A DNA stretch of 63,967 bases, counting the filler, from Octopus bimaculoides (Eukaryota), in assembly GCF_001194135.2 (NCBI RefSeq). It is 6 parts of 6 records of this genome, joined end to end, with 100 filler letters (N's around TTAATTAATTAA, not from the genome) between each part and the next. Parts side by side here need not be neighbours in the genome. Positions count along the whole stretch, not along the records: positions 1 to 4,806 come from NC_068984.1; positions 4,907 to 25,310 come from NC_068995.1; 4 more parts are not named here. One strand, 5' to 3'. A program made the position numbers and the translations under genes. The notes beneath the pieces were generated by a model. It was not told the origin of the DNA. It searched no databases and worked only from the letters and a program-made list of their open reading frames with translations. This document shows, one piece after another, positions 1 through 12,844 of this stretch (positions are counted from its first letter, which is position 1; each line of letters opens with the position of its first letter).

Positions 1-149
1 AATATACATAATACAGTGAAGCTCCGATGACTAAATGTCTATTGAAATCACCTTGTTGGAAATCTATATTTGAACATAAAATGTATGATTATATATGTTT
101 GAAATAGATACAGAGGTTGGACCTTAAAATTTCAAACAATTCATTTTAA

Positions 150-490
150 TATGGGGTAGGACCGCCTTTTGTGAGGCCCCATTTGAAAAGTTCGTGTGCG
201 GTGGGATGTATGCAGTTACTCCTTAATTTGTGCCACTCCCAGCTCCGTTTTCATCCAGAACGGTAGTGCCTGTCAGTGTCACATCTATGAGTGAAATAGA
301 TTTCCCGGGAGTGGAGAAGAGTAACGTTATTTTTGACAAAGAGGAGTTTAGCTCTTCTAGGAAAAAGGCACTCTGATAGTAAACCTGCAGTCAAAAAATC
401 AAAATAGAACCAGTCATCTTGTAATGCCTCTCTCTCTAACTTACTATGGCAACCGAAAGAGTGGAAAGTTGCTGTGGAAGCTTTTGTCAC
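150..490 (-). mobile_element. Degenerate CR1/Jockey-like LINE 3' relic
   Basis: GCHSKLERE...HRCDTDRHYRS...WHKL...FKWG loosely resembles the post-RT C-terminus (SLE.RR...RC.T...S...WN.L...FK); interrupted by stops and frameshifts. Confidence 0.35.
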
Positions 491-585
491 TTAAATTTAA
501 TGACGTGCAGATGTCTCACCAATGTGAGATAGCTATCATCTGAAAAGATGAGGCAATTATACAAACACACACACACAACATATAT

Positions 586-870
586 ACGTACCATGGGATT
601 GCACCTAGACAGTTTCCCTCCAAGGCCCAAGTCTTGGAAGACCTGCAGTCGCCCATGCATACCACCCTCCCCTCTCCAAGCCACTGCTGTTATCCAAGGG
701 AAAGGCAAAGACCGATGCAGTTTAGTACCAGTGACGTTGCAACTCATTTCTACACTGTGTGAACAGGAGCAATGTGAAATAAAGTGTCTTGCTGAAGAAC
801 ACAGCCCAAGAACACATACCGGTCACGTCATGATGGTGAGCCTGGCGCTCTAATCACTGAGCCATGTGCC

Positions 871-873
<3 letters not shown>
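586..873 (-). mobile_element. tRNA-headed SINE (family C-like head)
   Basis: Reverse complement starts gaaggcacatggctcagtgattagagcg (A-box-like) then caagacactttatttcac, shared with the copy at 62673. Confidence 0.65.
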
Positions 874-919
<46 letters not shown>

Positions 920-1177
920 NNNNNNNNNNNNNNNNNNNNNNNNNNNNNNNNNNNNNNNNNNNNNNNNNNNNNNNNNNNNNNNNNNNNNNNNNNNNNNNNN
1001 NNNNNNNNNNNNNNNNNNNNNNNNNNNNNNNNNNNNNNNNNNNNNNNNNNNNNNNNNNNNNNNNNNNNNNNNNNNNNNNNNNNNNNNNNNNNNNNNNNNN
1101 NNNNNNNNNNNNNNNNNNNNNNNNNNNNNNNNNNNNNNNNNNNNNNNNNNNNNNNNNNNNTCACTGAGCCATGTGCC

Positions 1178-1212
<35 letters not shown>

Positions 1213-1365
1213 TTAGCAAGAGTTACATATTTTTTAAATAACAGTTTGACTCAGCTCCATATGACTCTAAATTTGCTTCGGCACATAAGATGATCCCCAT
1301 CTCATCACCTCTTAACTCACCAGTCAAACTTAAAGTCATATACATCTAACTCAAACTATTGTGTG

Positions 1366-1409
<44 letters not shown>

Positions 1410-2134
1410 TTTGTATGCATATGCTTTTGTATCATACTTTAGTTGATTGTCTTGATAAGAGCTATCTATCTTAATACCGACAGAAGTAGTGAAAAAACCA
1501 GCACATTCGTGATCTAATGGTTGCTGTTGTCGTTGTGGTTGTTGTTTGTACTATAGCTCGGCCATTTTCAGAACAAACCTATGATCAAAATTGTACCAAC
1601 TGTTATTTGTATCTTGTATATCTATAAGTACACTGTCCACTCTGGTGCGTAGCTGTTTATTTGATAAGTGTAGGAATGCTGTCAAAGGAGAATAGGTTGT
1701 CATGTTCCCAGCGAAGCACATTTGCGAGGTCTGTCCATAGAAACAGTATCCGCATAGCGTTATGTGTCTAGATTGCGTGTGCATGACACCTGTATTGGGA
1801 GATCTAAGAACGAGTGAAGGCCGATATCATTTGTGTGGTAGAAGCGAGAAGTAGGACGTCAATGTATCAAAGGAAGAGCGTGGAAAAATGTTATTAAAGT
1901 TCAGAGTACACTAGAGTCGATGTTGTACGGGTCGCAAAGAACATTGTCAACACGTGTTTACGATAGAACAATTTGATAGGCAAGTTGCGATCAAAGAGAC
2001 AACAGAAAATACATTCAAAATCTTTGTTATAAATGTATAATTGAATGTATGAATGGCATGTCAATATATGTAAATGTATAAATATTGTTATAATAACAAG
2101 TCGGTTTGAAGAAACACGAGCTATTCCCGCGCTA

Positions 2135-2172
<38 letters not shown>

Positions 2173-2185
2173 CACACACGCACGA

Positions 2186-2216
<31 letters not shown>

Positions 2217-2397
2217 AATGTGTTCACGGCTGAGCATAAAAAATGATATGCATGCGTGTATATGTCTATACATGTGTGTTTGTGCGTGGGAACATGGATT
2301 TATATGTATGTATGTATGTATTTATGTATGTATGTATGTATGTATGTATGTATGTGTGTATGTACGAATGTATGTTTGTATGTATGTATGTAATGAT

Positions 2398-2448
<51 letters not shown>

Positions 2449-2458
2449 NNNNNNNNNN

Positions 2459-2501
<43 letters not shown>

Positions 2502-2560
2502 GAAAGAGAGAGTGACACACACACAGAAGACAGGCAGATGTCTGGTATGTATGGCGAACA

Positions 2561-2776
2561 GTAAAAATGGCACAGGTAAAAATGGCACGGTAAAAATGGC
2601 ACAGGTAAAAATTGCACAGGTAAAAATGACACAATAAGCTTACTGAAATATACACTATTGGCAAACGAAGTAGAATAGAGTTTTTACGTATGTATGTATA
2701 TGTTTATATGACACTATGTATATAGTCACCAATAGTATATAGTCACTTCAGTAAGCTTATTGTGCCATTTTTACCT
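2561..2776. repeat. Foldback-like unit: about 15-bp minisatellite plus 30-bp inverted repeat
   Basis: Five GGTAAAAATGGCACA-like units (2561-2633); arms 2618-2647 and 2747-2776 are inverted with one mismatch. Confidence 0.75.
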
Positions 2777-2817
2777 AAATTCATGTGGCCATGCTGGAGC
2801 ACCGCCTTTAGTGTGTG

Positions 2818-2865
<48 letters not shown>

Positions 2866-2986
2866 TTCATGCTTCGCAAATAGATGCACTTTCTTAGAGT
2901 TTTTCTTTCTTTCTTTCTATTACTCTCTTTAACTTTAAGTCCTTTCCTTCAACACTCATACATCGAAACCGACAGGAGCGATTATT

Positions 2987-3064
<78 letters not shown>

Positions 3065-3881
3065 NNNNNNNNNNNNNNNNNNNNNNNNNNNNNNNNNNNN
3101 NNNNNNNNNNNNNNNNNNNNNNNNNNNNNNNNNNNNNNNNNNNNNNNNNNNNNNNNNNNNNNNNNNNNNNNNNNNNNNNNNNNNNNNNNNNNNNNNNNNN
3201 NNNNNNNNNNNNNNNNNNNNNNNNNNNNNNNNNNNNNNNNNNNNNNNNNNNNNNNNNNNNNNNATATATATAAAAATATATATAGATATATATATATATA
3301 TAAAGAAACTTCTGTTCGAGAGAAAACCTTCACTTGCATCATATTCACCAGAAGGCTACATTAATTTAGCACAAAAGCATAACACCATGGAAAAGCAGAC
3401 TGTGTTAGTGTTTCTGAAACTTGGATGCGTGGAACAAGGTGATTATAAATCAGCTATTTCTGGCTTCGTCGCTGATTTTAGAGAAGTATATTTGTGTTGT
3501 ACAAATGTTTGAGAAAGAAAAACGCGAGTAAATAATTACAATGAAACAATGTTTGCATCAAAGTTAAACTTGAATACAAAGCATTGTAAATTAAACTTCA
3601 GTATAAACATCTATGTTTGTGTCTGAGTTAAATATAAACATGTATATGCAAGGTAAGTGATTTGATCTGAGACCGTGTGTTGAAACTAAAACAATTACAG
3701 CGTGGAAGACACATATTAGCTATTGAAAAGCATACAGAAGCTTTTCACTTAAACATTTATTATTTGGTGTCACCAATTACGACCTGGTCACTGATGCCAT
3801 TCCACTGCATAAGGTAATGAATGTTTAAGTGAAGTGAGTAGTCTTTGTGTGTTTCGAGAGGCTAATATGTAGCTTTCGTAA

Positions 3882-4095
3882 GGCAGTGAGCTGGCAGAAT
3901 CGTTGGCACACCGGACAAAATGCTTAGCGGCATTTCGTCCGACTTCATGTTCTGAGTTCAAATTCCGCCAAGGTTAACTTTACCTTTTATTCTATCGGGG
4001 TCGATAAGATAAGCACCAGTTGAACCCTGGGCTCGATGTAAACGACTTAGCCGCTCCCCCGAAATTGCTGGCCTTGTGCCAAAATTTGAAGCCAA
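3882..4095 (+). mobile_element. SINE family A (tRNA head, Deu/Nin-like core)
   Basis: ggcagtgagctggcagaatcgtt...gagttcaaattcc...tcggggtcgataa..taagcaccag; flanked by aatatgtagc at 3864-3873 and 4094-4103 (probable TSD). Confidence 0.8.
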
Positions 4096-4260
4096 TATGT
4101 AGCCTCCAATCTGTAATATCTTTAAATATAAATAAATATTTCTTTTTGTATTAACATTAAACTTTAAAATATACGAACTTTAAGTTAGTAAAATATGTTC
4201 ACGACATATATATATATCGAATTTGTATGATTGTGTGTGATTATAATATTATAATGTTTT

Positions 4261-4636
4261 CTAACTAGCTACTTTGCTTGTTGTAAGATCAGGGATTGTC
4301 ATTTATTTTTCTATATATTGCGAGCTGGAGTTAACTACCGCTATCTCTAGCGGACGAGTATCTGCCACTGAAGATGAGCACAAATAGTTTGAAACCGGAC
4401 AGTCTAACGGTCCCGTCGTCGTCGCTAGAAGATGGTAGGGGTTCACTCCCTTGCTTGCATTATATATTGGGTGCAGATTGCATCAATAACCAGCTGAAGG
4501 AGGCTCTTCCTGGAGTTAAAAATGGCAGTAACATTGGTTCCTTCGGAACAGCCATGTTGAAGTGGCGATAAACATTATTTCTCAACATAGTTACTACTTT
4601 CATCTCTTGTAGAGATTTCCTAACTAGCTACTTTGC
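4261..4636 (+). mobile_element. About 360-bp unit bounded by 17-bp direct repeats and containing a hammerhead-like core
   Basis: ctaactagctactttgc at 4261-4277 and 4620-4636; hammerhead-like core at 4368-4412. Confidence 0.55.
4368..4412 (+). ncRNA. Type I hammerhead ribozyme-like motif (degenerate)
   Basis: CTGAAGA-T-GAGC(ACAAATA)GTTT-GAAA-CCG(GACAGTCTAA)CGG-TC; GUC triplet; proximal stem I unpaired in this copy. Confidence 0.5.
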
Positions 4637-4755
4637 ATAGCAGAAATCCAAAGACCACACATGACGCCGTGAACTTAGTACTTGTTTGAAGAATTCGGAG
4701 CTTAAGTCTAAATCCATTTAAACATTGGTGCGTGTTTTCTAAACTGAGCATATCT

Positions 4756-4806
<51 letters not shown>

Positions 4807-4906
4807 NNNNNNNNNNNNNNNNNNNNNNNNNNNNNNNNNNNNNNNNNNNNTTAATTAATTAANNNNNNNNNNNNNNNNNNNNNNNNNNNNNNNNNNNNNN
4901 NNNNNN
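4807..4906. other. Artificial scaffold join
   Basis: 44 N + TTAATTAATTAA (stops in all six frames) + 44 N = 100 bp. Confidence 0.95.
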
Positions 4907-5024
4907 GTATGATTGCGTGTATGTTTCTTCACCCACAATTTGAATTGCTACTTTGAGCTATGTTTTCACTAATTAGACGAGCAGTATTACATCTCCTGGC
5001 CCTCTCATCTTGATCCAACAAGAC

Positions 5025-5330
5025 ACTCTGGTTTCCGGTTCAGTCCCACTGCACGGCACCTTCGTCCAGTGTCTCCCACAGCAGCTCGAACTTATGTGTG
5101 TGTCTGTATGCATGTATTCGTTTCTTTGCGTCTATCCTTTCACCACTTGACGAACGGCTTTATACACATGTCTCCATAAACTAGCGGTGCGGCAAAGGAA
5201 CACATTAGAGTGAGGACTAGGGTCAACTTTTTCGATTAAATCCTTTGTGCTTAACGTCGTTCTCAATGCGAGCAGGCTGGCCCTTTGAATTACAGTCATA
5301 GCTCACTTTTGCCAGCTCAATGGACTGGAG
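5025..5330 (+). mobile_element. SINE family B (CORE-like), degenerate
   Basis: ggtttccggttcagtcccactgcacggcacctt..., ataaactagcggtgcggcaaag; homologous to the copies at 35762 and 48130. Confidence 0.6.
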
Positions 5331-6439
5331 TAACGTAGAACATAGTGTCTTGCTCCAGAACACAATGCGCTGCTAGGAATCGAAATCGTGAACTTACAGC
5401 CGTCAGCCGAATATCCTGACCAAATACACACATAAATATACACACACAGATACGCATATTCTCTAGAATTGTCATGCCAGTAGATAAAACAATTTCTGAT
5501 AGTTTGAAGAGAAGAGGACACGCTCTGACACGGTCTGGACATGTGTCTCAGCAGCAATATGCCTTGTCCCCATTAGAACGAGATACTTATACATAAATAT
5601 ATAAAAATTTATAAAACATGTATAGGCAATATGTTAAATAAAACGAGAAATGGTTGAGAGAATTTACTCAAAGTGGCATGACATGTATTTGAACAAGGTC
5701 TACTAAAGGTGTATTAAACACTATACAAAATTACTTATTGATGTATTGAAATTATTTACGTTTCCACTGTGAAAAGAACAACTACTTGGTGCTATTTGCA
5801 AATTTGAAAATCCTAAGTTGGAGCGTGTATGTACGATCATGTGTGTGTGTGTGTGTGTGTGTGTAAACGCTGCATGACATCATGCGAATGTACTGAGAAA
5901 ATGTAAACGTTACTGTAACTACAGTAAGAAGTGAAACATCTGCCTGACTAACAAAAGAATCACACTAAACTGCTCCTTTCACTCAGGCACCTATGTAAAC
6001 TGTAAAAGTGGAGTTCTTTTGCCCCTGCCCTCATGAGCACAGATTTGCATATGTATATTGGCCGAAGGCACTATAATTATAAACACTGGAGTAGCCCTAA
6101 GAATTTTCCTCTTAGCAAAACCTGAAGAATGAATGTTTTATCACACCAAACGGTTACATATATAAGCACATACACAAATCTACATGTACACGACCACAAA
6201 TGATTTAACAGATATATTTGTGATTCGTTTTATTTTCTTTAATACGTTCGTTATATATTTTTTGAATGCCGTGCGGAATTTTCGTGTAACTCGAACTATT
6301 TCTGGCTTCTGTGAATTTGCTTGCATTTCATGTTCTCTGGTTTCTCACATAAAAATGGCAATTAATAAGAGAATTATACAATTGAAAGTACCAAGTTAAG
6401 TAAATGACAGTCATCTCTCTCTTATCTCATCAGTAACTT

Positions 6440-6870
6440 GTCTACCGAAACGTCTCCCAAGAAAGCCTGTCGTCCGAGTAGTTAATTTGTAGCGAGTAAT
6501 TGAGCACCTTCATCCTGATGAGTGCAAAAAGTGCCGGTGGCTGAGATGGCTGTTCAGGCCAATGGTGGGATAGAATAACTGGAAACATTTATCGCAGGGG
6601 AGGTTTAGAGGGGGACCAGGAAGTGCGAGTCGTTCTTTGCGTCTTCGCCGTCTTACCTCTGCCTCTTCGCCGTCTTACCTCTGCCTCTTGATGCCGGTTA
6701 CTTTCCATCTAGTCCGTTCCCTAGACAATGACATGCCACAATTTTGGACAGTCCTTGGCAATTATCTCCCTGGTATTTGGATCAATGGAGCAGCGGAGGA
6801 GAGTGGCCTTGAGCTGATCTCGGAAACAGAATTTGAAGTCTCCGCGTGGTTTCACCGAAATCGGTGTGAA
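6440..6870 (-). mobile_element. RTE-clade LINE 3' fragment
   Basis: FRDQLKATLLRCSIDPNTREIIAKDCPKLW followed by zinc finger CDKCFQLFYPTIGLNSHLSH, as in RTE/BovB-type C-termini; internal 22-bp tandem duplication at about 6642-6687. Confidence 0.75.
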
Positions 6871-8332
6871 TGTGTCCGATTCACTTAAACCCTCAATAGT
6901 ACTCTCCTTATAGACAATATTCTCGTACACACTACAAGAGGGTATCACTCACCGATGGAACACCGACATGAGACTGAAACTACTCCGGTTGATTCCAAAC
7001 TTTCTATGCATAAAGATACTGTATATAAAGACAGGACGATTATAGCTGACTTTACATAGCGTTTTGGCTAAATATCCACGGACACATTGTGTAAAACAGA
7101 ACAGTATTGAAACAAAACAAGAGTAATGCACTCGTAATTTGTATGCTTATACGTAATATATAGATATATGCATACATATACATACATAAATATATTCATA
7201 CAAATACACACTCTATGTGTGTATATGTATATATATATATATAATACATAAGTACGTACATACATATGTACGTGAATGTATTTATATGTGCTTATGTATA
7301 CATGTGTGCTTATAAATGTATATATGCTTGTGTGTGCGTGTGTGTGTGTGTATGTGCGTGTGCGTGTGCGTTTGCGTGTACATATACTTATGCACACGCA
7401 TTTCCGTATATGACAAGGTCGTAAAACAGATATAACTGAACAAACACACACACAAGATATATATATATCTAAATTATAACAAAAACAACAGGAACTGTTG
7501 ATGTCCGGCTGGACAATATAATGGCCTGAGTAGACAGAGAGAGAGAGAAAGAAAGAAACAAAGAAAGAAAGAAAGAAAGAAAAAGAGAGTTGATAGTTAG
7601 GTGAAGCATTACGGTCAGCTATTTTCTGAAGCATGTATTGTTTCGGCCTCCAGACGACTGGACAGTAAAGGACAGCTGTAGTATTCCTCGACACGTTTGC
7701 CTTGTCAATTAAGAACACATTGGAGACATTTCAGAATAAATTACAGTGTGCCTCTAAAGGTTAACTTAACACTTTCTACATTCCATTATTGTTAAGCCTT
7801 TTCTGGACAATATAGATGGTCATCGTTATTGTTGTTACTGTTGTTGTTTGTTGCTATTGTTGTTAGCGTTGTTAATGTTGTTGGAATAGATGAGTTAGCT
7901 GATTATACATACACACACGCATACACACATACACATGCATATAATANNNNNNNNNNNNNNNNNNNNNNNNNNNNNNNNNNNNNNNNNNNNNNNNNNNNNN
8001 NNNNNNNNNNNNNNNNNNNNNNNNNNNNNNNNNNNNNNNNNNNNNNNNNNNNNNNNNNNNNNNNNNNNNNNNNNNNNNNNNNNNNNNNNNNNNNNNNNNN
8101 NNNNNNNNNNNNNNNNNNNNNNNNNNNNNNNNNNNNNNNNNNNNNNNNNNNNNNNNNNNNNNNNNNNNNNNNNNNNNNNNNNNNNNNNNNNNNNNNNNNN
8201 NNNNNNNNNNNNNNNNNNNNNNNNNNNNNNNNNNNNNNNNNNNNNNNNNNNNNNNNNNNNNNNNNNNNNNNNNNNNNNNNNNNNNNNNNNNNNNNNNNNN
8301 NNNNNNNNNNNNNNNNNNNNNNNNNNNNNNNN

Positions 8333-8374
<42 letters not shown>

Positions 8375-9261
8375 CGTGTGTGTGTGTGTGTGACTTTGAG
8401 TGCGTGTTTGTGTGTCATCTGTGCGTGACTGCGTATATCTATGTGCGCGTATATACTTTTATATACAGAAGCTTGTGGCCCAAAAGTAAAGAAATTTATT
8501 TTGAAAACGGGACGTTCCGGATACACACAAGTACGTACGCACACATGTACGCATACAAGCACATACACACACGTGCATATACACGCGCATAACCACGTAC
8601 AAGCGCACGCGTATGGCAATACGCATGCGTTTGTGTGATTGCGGATATAAATATGAATAAAATACTAAACACTACATATATATCTGTGCGTATATACACA
8701 CAGAAACATACATACATACATACATACATACATACATACATACATACATTCATCATACATACAGGATCCATAAAGAATGTATAGCAACGTCTGGAGCAAA
8801 GCATGGTTGAACTTAGCATCTTGTGGAGAGAATGAGTATCCTTAATTATTTAACTACAAATGATTATAATACCTGTGAATATAAAAATCTGCAAGACCTC
8901 ANNNNNNNNNNNNNNNNNNNNNNNNNNNNNNNNNNNNNNNNNNNNNNNNNNNNNNNNNNNNNNNNNNNNNNNNNNNNNNNNNNNNNNNNNNNNNNNNNNN
9001 NNNNNNNNNNNNNNNNNNNNNNNNNNNNNNNNNNNNNNNNNNNNNNNNNNNNNNNNNNNNNNNNNNNNNNNNNNNNNNNNNNNNNNNNNNNNNNNNNNNN
9101 NNNNNNNNNNNNNNNNNNNNNNNNNNNNNNNNNNNNNNNNNNNNNNNNNNNNNNNNNNNNNNNNNNNNNNNNNNNNNNNNNNNNNNNNNNNNNNNNNNNN
9201 NNNNNNNNNNNNNNNNNNNNNNNNNNNNNNNNNNNNNNNNNNNNNNNNNNNTGTGTGTGTG

Positions 9262-9460
9262 TGTGTCCGTCATCGCTTGACGATCGATGCTGGTGTGCCT
9301 AATCCTCGTAATTTAGAGATTCGGCAAAAGAGACTCGATGGTATATATACTAGGCTTACAAAGAATAAGTCCTGGGGTTGATTTCTTCGACTAAAATCCT
9401 TTAAAGTGGTGCTCCAGTATGGCTGAGGTCAAATGACTGAGTCAAGTAAAAGAATAAAAG
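9262..9460 (+). mobile_element. SINE family B, 3' half
   Basis: catcgcttgacg...ctaggcttacaaagaataagtcctgggg...gtgctccagtatggc...aaatgactga. Confidence 0.75.
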
Positions 9461-9948
9461 AATATTTAAATACACACACACACACACATACATACATACA
9501 TACATACATACATACATACATACAGACAGAAAACTGTAAAACTTTCCAGNNNNNNNNNNCATACATACATACATACATACATACAGAAAACTGTAAAACT
9601 TTCCAGCAGTTTATCATTTAAGTATATATGAACATGTCTAGATATGCAAGTATATGCATGAGAAGACGTACATAAAACAAACCATACAAATCTGCACGTA
9701 TACATACATAAAAAATACTTTGTTGAAATTCCAATGAAGGAGTCTTCGATCTAGGTTAGAAACCGGCTCTTTCTCTATTGGCAAGGAATCTTGAAATAAA
9801 ACTGAACAACGACATTCATAGATACTGAAGCACACTGGTTCGCATTATCGAGACATTAGTCGGCCAGTGGAAGAGAGAGAAAATTTTGGAAAGCATTCCA
9901 TAGATTCTCCTCTTGAGGTTCCTGTATGAACACACTCACACAATCGCG

Positions 9949-9987
<39 letters not shown>

Positions 9988-11142
9988 GAAATAAACATGC
10001 ACGCGCACACATAATCATTATCGAAGTATACGCACTTATATTCTATGGTGATACGCATAAACTCCTTCCGTTCAATTCCCTCGTGCAAATTTCAGTTGCA
10101 AAGCGTAGTGAGATCGAACCAGGAAAGTCATCGTTTGCAAAGCAAATTTATTACCCATATAACCATCCTAACGCTCAGTCAAGACCATAGAGTATCGATT
10201 ATTTACTATTCCTTGCTCTCTTCTTCCTTTAATTCGACTGAGAAGATAATATGGAATGAGCGCAGTAATTACTTTCAGTTATTAATGATGAATAGGTTAA
10301 CTAGATATATAAATTTATGCATGAGTGCATTGTCTTATGTCTTATTTTATAACCTTCAGACATTATCAAGAAATTACTACGTTGTACAAGGTTTATTATT
10401 TAAATCTGACGGATTTGAGAGTAAACGCAGTTTGAATAAAACGTCAGTAGTAGTAGTAGTAGTAGTAGTAGTAGCAGCAGCAGCAGCAGCAACAGCAGCT
10501 TTGACTGAGTCTTGAGATTGTGAGATAAAATGCTTATTTATTTTAGCTCTCCGCAGTTTCTCTTCAAATACCACCCTGGTCAAATTTGCCTTTACCCCGT
10601 TTAGGATCGATAAAATAAAGCGTACCGGTCCGTCAAGGCCTACAGATTCACGGAGTCGGTAGAGTGTCGGACGAGACGACTCGAGGTATCTCTTCCAGTT
10701 CTTTCTTTGCCTTTTGATGGCAACACATCCGTCGTTTAGTTGTTTTTGCCTGTGAGAAGCTGTGCTGGGTTTTTTTTCATTCCGAGGTGAAGAGGGGAAA
10801 TATGTGTGTAGGTAACTGCTAAGTTTTAAATTAAAAACAAAAGACCTTCCCAGGACTACGTCGTAGAGACGAGCCCATGGACCAGGTCTCAGATAGTAGT
10901 AGTAGTAGTAGTAGTAGAAAAAGACGACCACAAATTTAGTATCTACTCTACTAGTGGATATCATTTTTTTTTTATTCATTCATTATTATTTTTGTAATTG
11001 ATCCTGGGAGAATGATAGGCAACGGCTTCTCCGATAGGGTTTGAACTTAGAACAGCGTCAAGCGGGATAACTAAATAACGCATTAAAAAGCTCTACTATT
11101 TAGCACTTAGTATCCATCACCACCACAACAACAACAACACCA

Positions 11143-11183
<41 letters not shown>

Positions 11184-11224
11184 CGTGGATACAAAATTGA
11201 TAAAAATATGTTGAGAGATGGGAA

Positions 11225-11410
11225 GGCGGCGAGCTGGCAGAATCGTTAGCACACCGAGTAGAACGCTTAGCGGCATGGCTGTCCGTCTTTATGTTCGAAG
11301 TTCAAACCCTACGGTCGACATTATCTTTCATATTTTCGGGGTTTATAAAATAAGTACCAGTTACACACTGGAGCCGATGTAATCGTCTTACTCCGTCCCC
11401 CAAAATCAGA
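11225..11410 (+). mobile_element. SINE family A
   Basis: ggcggcgagctggcagaatcgttagc...ttcggggtttataaaataagtaccag. Confidence 0.8.
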
Positions 11411-11474
11411 AGCCTGTATGTTGAAGGATGGGAGTTAGATGATTAAATAGATTGCTGCCATCAAAATACCATTA

Positions 11475-11750
11475 TTGAACTGGTATTTATTTTATCAATC
11501 CTAAACGATAAAAGGTAAATCACCTCTCGACAGGATTTGCACTCAGAACGAAGTGGACAGTAACTAAATACTGTAAGGTATTTTATCCAACGATCTCATG
11601 ACTCTGCCATTGTCCTAATATCTTAGACAGGCTCATGGTCATATACTGGTGGCAGAAGGGAACCTTATTTTGACAATCTCGGAAGAATGAAAAGCAAAGT
11701 CGACCTCGGCGAGATTTGAACTTAGAAATATAAAATGCTGAAAGAAATAG
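11475..11750 (-). mobile_element. Two minus-strand SINE family A fragments
   Basis: ctggtatttattttatcaatcc...ctcagaacg (about 11475-11610) and aaaagcaaagtcgacctcggcgagatttgaac (about 11660-11750). Confidence 0.65.
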
Positions 11751-12249
11751 CACTTAACATGTACATAACAAGTTAGGCCAAGTTCAATGTCTTTGGTTTA
11801 CATCTGCTTCTTGAGTTTGTACTTTCGGTAAGATTTCTTGCGCATCAAAATACGATAATGAGTCAGGAAGTAATGTAGTTTTTATATGCATTATATTTTG
11901 ACTTAATATTTGTGTACAAGTAAATGAGTTTTAAACCAAAACCAATGTAGATTGCATTACTTTCTGGCTCGCCTTCGTATTAGGCAAATGAAAATTAACT
12001 TAGTAACTTTCTAATCCACTACAAATCCACCTCTTCAAAGATGTTAATGGTTGTTTTCCAGTAAGGGGACTAGTTAATATCCAATTTTCGATGGACTAGT
12101 AACTCTGAATCATTTGTAGATCATGTTTCTAAATGTCCCCAGCTTGAACAGTACGTCTGCTACTCAGGAAGAAAGAAGACCAATGATATCTCTTTGTATT
12201 GTAATTAGTCAATGGCAATTATGGTCATTATTACTATAATTCCTTTTAA

Positions 12250-12454
12250 GGCGGTGAGCTTACAGAGTCGTTAGTACGCCGGACAAAATGCTAAGCGGTA
12301 TTTCGTCCATCTTTACGTTCTGAGTTCAAATTTCGTCAAGGTGGACTTTGCCTTTCGTTTTTTCGGGGTCGATAAAATAAGTTACGCCCTGGGATCGATA
12401 TGATTGACTTACGCCCTCCTCCGAACCTGCTAGCCTTGTGTCAAAATTTGAAAC

Positions 12455-12515
<61 letters not shown>

Positions 12516-12522
12516 GTTATTA

Positions 12523-12594
<72 letters not shown>

Positions 12595-12805
12595 CGGCGA
12601 GCTGGCAGAATCGTTAACACGCTGGGCGAAATGCTGAGCGTCATTTCGTCTGTCTTTTCGCCCGTCGCTAAGTTTTGATCTCAAATTCCGCCCAGGTCGA
12701 CTTTGCCTTTCATCTTTTCGGGATCGATGATTTAAGTACCAGTGAAACACTGGGGTCAATGTTAATCCCTTCTCCCAAGCTGCCCTTGTGACAAAAAATT
12801 TGAAA
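12250..12805 (+). mobile_element. Two tandem SINE family A copies separated by (TTA)n
   Basis: Copies at about 12250-12453 and 12594-12805; (TTA)n about 12456-12591. Confidence 0.8.
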
Positions 12806-12844
12806 TTATTATCATTATTATTATTGTTGTTGTTGTTGCTGTTG

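Noticed and set aside
850-1241. Long ORFs of CV/TH/YI/ER/poly-H/L/N or X residues here and throughout the track
   Set aside because: Translations of microsatellites and N gaps.
4851-4862. TTAATTAATTAA recurring five times (PacI/homeobox-like motif)
   Set aside because: Always centred in a 44N-12-44N block; an assembly spacer with stops in six frames, not biology.
6515-6545. CTGATGAG as a hammerhead core
   Set aside because: No stem II-GAAA; it is the antisense of the RTE 3' end.
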